A stretch of DNA of 64,000 nt from Takakia lepidozioides (lineage: Eukaryota > Plantae > Bryophyta): assembly GCA_030704615.1 (NCBI GenBank), contig CM060734.1, forward strand, positions 55,366,001 to 55,430,000, read 5' to 3'. The notes beneath the pieces were generated by a model. That model was not told where the DNA came from, did not search any database, and saw nothing but the letters and a program-made list of their open reading frames with translations. Every line of letters starts with the position of its first letter. Positions within the stretch are counted from its first letter, which is position 1. Both the position numbers and the translations under genes were made by a program. Shown piece by piece: positions 55,112-64,000 of the stretch.

Positions 55112-55445
55112 GGGGGGGTGTGGAGGGTGATGGGAAATAGATCATTGCCCACACGCTTTGCCACTATGAGAGGATCTCTAAGGCATCTAGCAACCCTAAA
55201 AATTTGGGAATGTCATTCCCAAATCTCCCCTTTTCCTCAACCCCCACCTTGAAAATGAAATGAAACGAAAAACGAAGTTGAGTGAAGGGGAGCCTGACCG
55301 GATGGTCCTTTCCTGGAAGCTGTCGTAGGGGACCCAAGAACGCCACGTAAAGAAAACTCAGCCCACTTGCCACCAGCAGCAATGATATCCACGAAATTCG
55401 AGGCCTCGTGGGGGACCTACGCCCTTCACCTAGCCGACGGCTCAT
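51271..55445 (-). CDS. GAUT10: Galacturonosyltransferase (GT8), GAUT10/11-like. Exons 55445-55299, 54342-54007, 53441-53092, 52441-52219 and 51810-51271.
   Basis: N-terminal TM anchor, then ARQLGDQMTVAKA...FAWELSAQIR, AAEAVPKSLHCL, HFCVFSDNVLATSVVVNST, FRNPKYLSMLNHLRFYIPE, VVFLDDDVVVQ, LWKLGTLPPGL and HFNGNMKPWL. All splice phases are consistent. Confidence 0.93.
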
Positions 55446-56967
55446 CTGATTGTGGGTATGGAGACTCTGCACATAGATCTCAGATCTCAACCCCCTCTAT
55501 CCGTTCCACAGTTGAAAGAATAACCCCCGGTGTGGGATGAGCTAAGCACATGATCTATGCTTGTAGTTCATTCCCCGACACATAATGGCCAGAGAACAAA
55601 CTCCAAGAATTGCCACATGGGTTTCTGGCAGATTGATCACCCAACCCAGATTTGCACTCGGATGGTGGGAAAACATGGAATTTTGAGACAGCTCCCTTCC
55701 CACGATGAGCACCAGCACTTATCCTCGTCCCTCGTTCACATCACACGTCCCCATCACAGTTCACATGGGTGCATCCCAATAAGCCAGTAAACCAGCATAC
55801 CAGCCAATCTTACCAGGAATGTAGAAAAGACTGTAGAGAACCATAGTTATGCCACCTGAAGAAATAGTGCAGCATGCTAATCCATGGGCTAAAGATGAAA
55901 CCCAGCTTCAGCTTTCAGCAATCCACCAGTCTCAACGTAGCAGCTCCTGTCTTTAAACTCATGCCCTTCCCAATTTCAACCGCGAATCACGACAAACGAA
56001 TCAACTGCGATTGTTCACTCATTTTTCGGTAAACCCAGAGCATAACGGATTGCAGAGAAGACGAAGAAGTAGCAAGCAAACCAAAGGGAACGGCCCATGT
56101 ACTCGATTGGCAAGAACTAAAAGTGTAGCCCAGGACTGAGGATTTCGGCAATATCTTGGCTATACCAATAAGTGCGCTACATACCTACGACGCAGGGCGC
56201 GTACAAATAATTTTAGACCAGTCTCTTGTGCATCTACATTCCTAGAGACTACAGTCTTGTCTTCAGTAAAATCTTAGATGGACAGTTTAGACAGACGAAT
56301 TAGTCCTCCATAGCAACCGGCATTCTTTCTTGGGCAACAAACCTAAGGACCTAATCACGCATTGTGTTCTAAAATTTGAGAATCCTGTTGCACCGTCCAA
56401 TGGAAGGAGGCAGGGCAATGGGTTCCTCTCTATGTTAACTGGTATGTTTTCTCTCCTGGGCGCATCACGACGAGTCGAGCATGGTCAAGGAAGAAGGATG
56501 CCAGCGTATAGGCTGTAATGCAGCTTCTCGCCTGGCAACTCTGCCGTTATCCCCCGGGGGTAGGTGATTTCATTTGTCTGTTCCTCCGGCAGTATCTCCT
56601 CTCTGCTTGCATGTGGATGTGTGTGAGAGCTACTTGAACGCAAAGAGCAATAAAGTCTCTGGGAAGCCCTTGAAGCATAGGTGATAATATTCTTAAAATA
56701 AGTGCTCATCACGAAGGTATGTCTGCTTTCGATCTGGCACGCCAGGTAAAAATTCAGAGAGCTGATGTCTCCATGCACAACACTACAAGACGGTTTGTGT
56801 GTTGTGGGTTGGAGGCCTGGCGTGGTTGCAATCTGCTGCTTTTAGCTCCCACACATATGGGTAACCTGACTACTCAATTTTGCACTAAATATGCAGGTCG
56901 TGCTCCGGGAGATTATATTTCCGAGACCCTTTGAGATTGTTACTTTGAAAGTTCGTAAGAATATGGG

Positions 56968-59305
56968 ATGTTTGAGACATGCAGGATGTCAGGGTTGACT
57001 CACGTACAATTCTGTGTTGGGCATCAGACTGATGTGAGGGATAGTAATTCTACCATCACCACTAGTGGAGCAAGAGATTTTCTCAGCAAGAATTCAGTGA
57101 GCATTTGTGGCGATGTGAGGATACTATGCAACGCTGGACGACTGAAAGAGGCAGTGAGCATTCTGAACCAAGAAGTCATCTGGGCTGATTGCAATACTTA
57201 TGTTTGTGTCTTGGAGGAGTGCATCAATATGAAAGGCCTAGCAGAGGGAAAGCAGGTGCATGCCCACATTATCCAAAGTGGTCTCAAGGCAAATGTCTTT
57301 CTCCACAAGACCCTTTTGAAAATGTATGCCAAGTGTGGGAGCATGGTGGATGCACACATAGTGTTCAACAATATGCCTGAACGAGATATTGTTAGCTGGA
57401 ATATGATGATAGCAGGATATGCGAAGCATGGGGATGGTAGGGAGGGGTTGCAAATCTATGAGCAAATGCAAAGGGAAGGGGTGAAGCCCAACAGGATTAC
57501 TTTTACTTGTGTTCTCAATGCATGTACCAGCCTATGCGCTCTGGAGAAGGGCAAAGCAGTTCATGCTGACATGATCAAGTCTGGAATTGCACGAAATATC
57601 GTTCTGGAAACTGCCTTAATAAACATGTATGCAAAATGTGGAAGCATGAAGAATGCCCATAAATTGTTCAATAATATGGCTCAACGAGATGTGGTCTCAT
57701 GGAACGCTATGATTGCAGGATACTCTCAGCATGGGCGTGGTATGGAGGCTGTTGAGGTCTATGAGCACATGCAACAGGAACAGGTGCTGCCGGACAGGGT
57801 CACATTCATTTGTGTCCTTAATGCGTGTGCCAACTTAGGAGCCCTGGACAAGGGCAAACAGATCCATGCTGCCATCATCAAAGCTGGAATTGGGTCAAAC
57901 ATAAATTTGGAGAATACCCTTGTGGACATGTATGGGAAATGTGGAAGCATGGAGGATGCTCTTCGAGTATTTGACAATATGGCTCGGAGAGATGTAGTCT
58001 CATGGAATGCCATGATCACAGGATTTGCTCAACATGGGTGTGGCATAGAGGCTTTTGATGTATTTGAGCAAATGCAACGGGAATTTGTGAGACCTGATAG
58101 AGTCACGTTCATCTGCGTTCTCAATGCGTGTGCCAGTCTAGGAGCCCTGGAAAAGGGCAAAGAGGTACATGCTCACCTGATCAAATCTGGGATTGTGTCA
58201 CATATTACTTTAGAGACTGCCCTTGTTGATATGTATGCCAAATGTGGGAGCATGGAGGATGCGTCTGAAGTCTTCAACAATATGGCCCAACGAGATGTGG
58301 TCACATGGAGTGCAATGATTGCAGGGTGCGCCCAGCATGGGTGTGCTAGGAAGGCTTTTGAGATGTATGAGCAAATGCAACTGAAAGGGGTAACACCCAA
58401 CCAGGTTACATTTCTTTCCGTTCTCAATGTGTGTGCGAACCTAGGAGCCCTGGAAAAGGGCAGAGAGGTCCATGCTCACATCATCAAAACTGGAATCATG
58501 TCAGATTTAAATTTGGACACTGCCCTTGTTGACATGTATGCCAAATGCGGGAGCATGGACGGTGCTCATGAAGTGTTTGACCAAATGGCTAAACGAGATG
58601 TGGTCTCCTGGAACACCATGATTGCTGGATGTGCCCAGCATGGGTGTGGTAGGGATGCCCTGCAACTATTTGAGAAGATGCAGCAGGAAGGCTTGAAGCC
58701 AGATGGAATAACATTTATGTCTGTTCTCTCTGGATGTAGCCATGGGGGCCTAGTGGATGAAGGCTGTCATTATTTTACTTCTATGAGTCAAGATCATGCT
58801 CTCAATCCTACAGTGGACCATTTTGGCTGCATAGTTGACCTCTTCGGCCGTGCAGGGAAATTGGATGAGGCAGAGGACTTCATTAATAAAATGCCAACCA
58901 AACCAGGTGCTGGAGTGTGGAGGGCCTTGCTTAGTGCCTGCAGGAAAAATGGGGATGTAATAAGGTAGCAGAATTTACTGCAAAAGGTGATCTACAACAT
59001 GCTTAGTTTATGTGCTGCTATCGAACCTCTATGCTGGGACCATTCTTGGGAAGATACAGTACAGGTGACAAAAATGGTGGAGGAATTATGATGGAAGAGC
59101 AAGGCGGCACCTGCATAGAAACTGACAACCAGTAGGATCCGTTGCGTGTGACAGACAAATTACATCCACAAATCGAGGAAATCCATAGTACGCTGAACAG
59201 ATTGCCTGGCAAATGAAAGAGGTCAGGTATGTGCCCAATATACACTCTGTATTGCATGAGTTGGAGCAAGAGCAACAGGAGTCTTCTCTTTGCCATCATA
59301 GTGAG
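56968..59305 (+). pseudogene. PLS-class PPR gene with an intact repeat array (ORF 56968-58968) but a frameshifted E/E+ region and a DYW domain cut off after HHSE
   Basis: The ORF stops in E1 (KNGDVIR*). Downstream frames carry VYVLLSNLYA, HPQIEEIH and QMKEVRYVPNIHSVLHELEQEQQESSLCHHSE, followed by a stop and unrelated sequence. Confidence 0.85.
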
Positions 59306-59892
59306 TGATACAAGCATCATCCATACACAAATGGGTCACTTCAACGTGAAGGTAGAAAGTCTGGAATCTGTCTATTTTCTAACCAAAGCTGAAAGAAAAG
59401 ATTTTGTAATTGATTGCAGTCGTCAATGTGAGCTGTGGGTGATCACAAGCCATGTCAAGCAGGAAATTACAGAAGATTAGGGCAGAGGATTTGCTGATAA
59501 ATGCCAGTTACAAGTGGGCATAAAGAAAATCTTCACCTTTGGCTGTTCAAAGTTTTACACCTGAAAAGAAATCCTCAAAAGGATTGATGAAGCGCAAAGA
59601 TTGCAAAACTGTCGTGGCACGGAGTCCTTGGATTTATGTGAAAAAACACGAGGCTTATTACATGAGAGGCTTCAAATCACACATAAGTGATGGCACAGAT
59701 TTCTGGTTTATCATTTTGCAGCCATTCTCAAGGCTCATAAGAACTCACAAAACACCATTGAGCTGGAATATAGTACATCTAGAGACCCAACCCGAATGGA
59801 AACAATAGGGATGGTGTCAAGTGCTCTATTCTAAAAAACAAATTCATAGTTTTAGAAACTATGACATGATCACGAAAAGCCTACAATGTGCT

Positions 59893-62800
59893 CTAAGGTT
59901 TGACGATGTTCTCATTTGACACCATATGTGCGGAGTCCTTGGCAAACACCCCCTTAGTAGAGTTGCTCTTGAGGGTGCCCATCAACTTGTCACACATAGT
60001 ACTGTGCACCTCTTCCTTGTATTTGTACAGATGGGCGCAAATTACAAAGGCAATGAAGTTGAGCACACTAATTCCAGCCAAAAGCCAAAAGTAGTAGTCC
60101 ATGTGGCCAAGATTTATGAAGTCAGAGATCCAAGAAGTGAGTAGGTTATGTTTCCCTGTGTATTTCTTGACAATTGTCACCTTGAGACTCCCCAAGTAGG
60201 CACCTAGTCCTAAGGTGGTTGCAAAGAAGGCAGTGCCCATGCGCCGCATGCCGTGGGGTGCTTGGTCGTAAGAAAACTCCATCTGTCCAATGGATGCAAA
60301 AACCTCCGCAAGTCCAATAAGGCCGAAGTGTATGGAAAGCCACCATGCAGACATGAGAACAATTCCTGCAGGATTGTTCTCATAACCGTGCTCCCATGCT
60401 AGCTGCACAAAAGCATCCCCAAAACTCATTAACAAATGTTTTAGCAAATGCAAAGAGGGATGCATATATGTATTGAAAGTTCTATCTTTTTTGTCAGGTA
60501 GAAGTATCTCTTACCACATGTCAAACATCCAATGCAGTGGAATGACATCCATCATTTGGTGTGCACATCACAGCAGTTTGTCTCTAGTTGAACATTGAGC
60601 TGCTTTCTGCTAAGGTTGTGTTTACATCTGTCTAAGAGGACATTCTTACCTGCCGCCGTTTTCTCTCCACTAGTGCAGCAATCACTGCTGCAGCGATAGA
60701 GATAACAAGACCCACACCGACTCTTTGAAGATAAGTAATACCCCGGGGATGTCCAGTGAATCGTCGTATGAAGGGCACTAACACTCGATCATAGAATGGC
60801 AAGAACAACAACACACCAAGTACGGAGGCCACCCCTATAGACGCTGCTGGAACTGTGAGATGCCCCGCCTTCCGTTTCATCAGTGATAGATTGTTGTCCC
60901 GCAAAGTTGGTTATTTGAACAAGGACTGTGTTAAGAAAGATGGAGGTGGCCCATATTGGTATCATGCGCACAATGGTCTTCAACTCCTCCACCTACCAGA
61001 TAAATAGAGCATGAAACAAAAGCATGAACAAGTATAAGTGTAACTTGATAACACAATTCCAAAAATTTCATTGCAATATAATTGATTGTCATTTTTATTC
61101 AAGCCACTCTTTACTCTTCATTGCAACTTGGTTGGCTGCATAGGGCAACAATCAACACAACTCACGTAGATTGAATCCAAGTCTATGTTGGTGTCGCAAT
61201 GGTGAGCTCAAACTTACACTATTTATTTTCCACAGTCATGCCATATATATGAAACGAGACTCAATTTGGAGACATAGTGGAAATGGGGACACTGAAAACA
61301 TCCTTATCTCGAGCAAAAGTGGCAAAACTTGACATGCCTTCCAACGAACGCCTACCACAAAGACCATTCTGTTTGTGTACATCAGTCAAAGAGCACATTG
61401 CACCTGAGTGACTGTGCATAGTCTCCAAGGGTTCACTCCAATGTCCCCTAGATCACACACTTTGTCCTTAGCTATCTCCACGGCTGCTTTGTCCAAAAAT
61501 CTGCAAAAGAAAAAGATGACAAACCAATTGTCGTTCTCTGAACATGAGTCGTAGCATCCAGTTGAGATCCACAGTACAGCAAACCACTAGGACTCTCTTA
61601 ATGGCAAGGTTCCATGCTCTAAATTTAAAAATTATAGGCAAATCGCGAATGATTCAAGATGTTCTCTTCAGGAATGACTTACCGAAAGCTTTCAGTGTGA
61701 GCAAACTTGCGGCTACCAACAATGGCTGATTCCTTGTCATACACCTCATACAGGGATTTGGCGTCAGATGGCAACTCAACTCTCCACTTCCTGAATGAGG
61801 CGACCAACACTTGAACTATACGGGTGAGAGGACTGCCGCTTGGCAGTTTATGTCTATAAAAAGGGGTGCCTATGTTGGAGACGCCCATGGCTAGCGCCAA
61901 AACCCCAAAAGCAAATCCCCAGCTCTTAGTGGAGATCGACACCACCGCTGTCATTGACAAGAATGCACCGACGGTAACCATGAAGTAGAAATAATTGAAG
62001 AAATGTCCAAGTTGAAGCTTCTCCTTGGGGTCCTCTGTATCGAATTGGTCAGCCCCGAATGATGAGACACAGGGTCGGATCCCTCCAGTCCCCACGGCCA
62101 TAGTATACAATGCCGCATACAAAAAGGTCAATTGAGACTTTGTTGCACTGTCACACATGCCAAGGTACCGCTTGAAGTCGTTACAACCAACATCTGAGGG
62201 CCTCATGTTCGGCAATGTGGCAGAAAGAGTCACAGAGTGAGACCCTGCAACAATATGATTCACTTAATTATCCTTTTCCAAATGACACTTCCAAATTCAA
62301 TTGCCACAAATCAAATGAGCCGGTAACGCCATTCTCCCCTCCTATTGGGCTTTCACCAACGCATGGGGGTGAATTCCTACATTTATCATTTATTTCAAGG
62401 AAGAAGGGGGAGAGGGAAGAAAAAACCGTTGACTGTGAAAAGAGGCTTTGTACTGAAATTAGGCATAAGATTCAGTAAATGCAGTACAATGTCCGTTTTG
62501 AGGAAAGGTATGTATGATGATTGAAAGTTACTTACTAGCAAGTAAATCATTGAGAAGATACCAATCGTCCAGAAGCAACCTAGATAGGCATCAGCAAGGA
62601 AGGCGCCCACCAAAGGTGTGAGTGCGCCAGTGCCTACCACATTGGTGATCAGGGTAGCCCCGATGGGAACTGAATGTGCATCTCATAGTACAAGTAGAAT
62701 AAAAACTTCATTACAATCCCAAAGTAGGCCATTCTCTCGGCTGTCTCATTGCCTGCACAAAGTTTCAATATGCAACACAAGTCTTTTAGAAGCTCGCCCC

Positions 62801-63364
62801 AAATTCCCATGATTATTATATGTATTTGGTAACTGAGTGACAACACTTCTTTGGCCACACACTATGCGTTTGAACCCTATGGGCGCCTTTATGTAGAATA
62901 CAACACTTCCAGTATCCTCATAACTTATAAGAACCGAGTTATAAAAAGACTTGCATCTAGGTCTGTTAGTTGACCAACAAATTAATGGACTAGCTCAGTT
63001 CCATTGTGGCTTAAAAAGATAGAGCCTTGCACTTGTAAGTTATTGCTTGTAAGTGGAACGTAACATTACCAAAAATGAAGATAGCAGCTCGGCAACCACC
63101 CGTCTTGGATGTGTTCAACATTAGTCGACCCCGGACGTCAACAGCAGAGTTTCCGATGATATACTCGTCTACAAATTTAGGATCTGTTGGGATGGTCATG
63201 GGCCTCTCATAGTCGATTGGTGGCAAGATTTGTTCAGCTCGCTTACCAGTTCCGTTTGACAGGACCGTGACTGATAGGTTCTGGCTTCCATTGGCATCAA
63301 AACGTGGTGCCAATGTTGGGCAACGCGAGAGATGATACTCTCTGATTTGACCCTGCAGCATCAT
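59893..63364 (-). pseudogene. NRT1/PTR family transporter, NPF6.1-like, with two apparent frameshifts
   Basis: Motifs SKTGGCRAAIFIFG|NETAERMAYFG, GAFLADAYLG, GGIRPCVSSFGADQFD, WRLCTVTQ|VEELK, LQRVGVGL and EFSYDQAP. The frame changes within exons at ~62657 and ~60890. Confidence 0.8.
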
Positions 63365-64000
63365 TTTGCCCCACGTCCTTGCTTGAACTTGACTGCCAAA
63401 ACACCCACAAATTACTGATGATCAGTGAGGTTCAATTCTTTTTTCATCTCTGTGTTTCCACTTTGTAGTACATGGCCCTGGGTGCCCCGTGGATTTTTTG
63501 TTTCTGTTCCTTGGAACCAGATGAGGTAACCATGTGGCATGAATTCTTTCTCCCATCTTTCTGGGTATAAAATGCAGTCCCAAAATATCATGTCCAACTA
63601 AGATGGCCGATCAATTGGGTCACCCATAAACACATAAGTGGATTCACTCCAAGCAAGAACGAAACAAGTTAGCACTGCAAAGCTAGGATCGACACTCCAT
63701 TCAGAAAGAAGAGGCTCAAGTGCTAGAACGTCTCAGAAGCAATTAGACCCTTCATACACCAGAAGTGGTCATTATGCTGCGCCAGTCCACGGACCCCAAG
63801 GTAATGTACCCCATGGCCAACACCAAAGACCAAATGATCACTACCCACCATAATTATATTGCTTCGTTGCTTCTTCAAAGCTGCACTTCACACCTCCAAC
63901 ATCCCGCAAGTATCTGCCCTTGGATCAGGACGTGAGGACCTGCTCACCGTACTCTTGAAAGATTACACCCTCCCCAAGAGAGATAAAGATAAAGATAAAG

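Larger units (their letters stand above)
36018..55887. repeat. Large inverted segmental duplication. Arms ~36018-44728 and ~46913-55887, unique spacer ~2.2 kb.
   Basis: Mirror-image ORFs appear on opposite strands (e.g. 42548-43015 vs 48685-49152; 36415-36741 vs 55164-55490). The outer boundary reads ccatggattagcatgc / gcatgctaatccatgg. Inner homology ends near ccctagaccagcctcgaaa / tttcgaggctggtctaggg. Confidence 0.95.

Noticed and set aside
55079-55118. (GA)n plus poly-G tract, and other CT/GA microsatellites
   Set aside because: Ordinary intronic or UTR simple repeats.
58966-58968. Possibility that the PPR stop codon is repaired by U-to-C editing
   Set aside because: The gene is nuclear and the tail also has frameshifts and a truncation.

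Overview
Gene-rich nuclear DNA from a land plant. Spliceosomal GT-AG introns, a type D nsLTP, ELIPs, very regular PLS-class PPRs and HSPA12-like Hsp70s suggest a non-seed plant such as a bryophyte, lycophyte or fern (inference). From left to right: (1) two intronless HSPA12-type Hsp70-like genes flanking a coiled-coil GIL1/IRKI-family gene whose C-terminus resembles the GrpE beta-domain; (2) a Mutator-like MITE and an nsLTP; (3) eIF3g head-to-head with RFC3; (4) a 1.6-kb foldback MULE; (5) agmatine iminohydrolase head-to-head with a PLS-DYW editing factor; (6) a ~20-kb inverted duplication (36018-55887) holding two intact ELIP genes, one intact GAUT10-like gene, a second GAUT copy broken by an internal 2.6-kb inversion, and a decayed Dof-like ORF in the spacer; (7) a PLS-PPR with an eroded E/DYW tail and a frameshifted NPF6.1-like transporter. 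The best candidate for an undescribed system is the Hsp70-like / GrpE-like (GIL1-family) / Hsp70-like cluster at 1-9060. Exon boundaries were read by eye and family assignments come from recognised motifs, not database searches.
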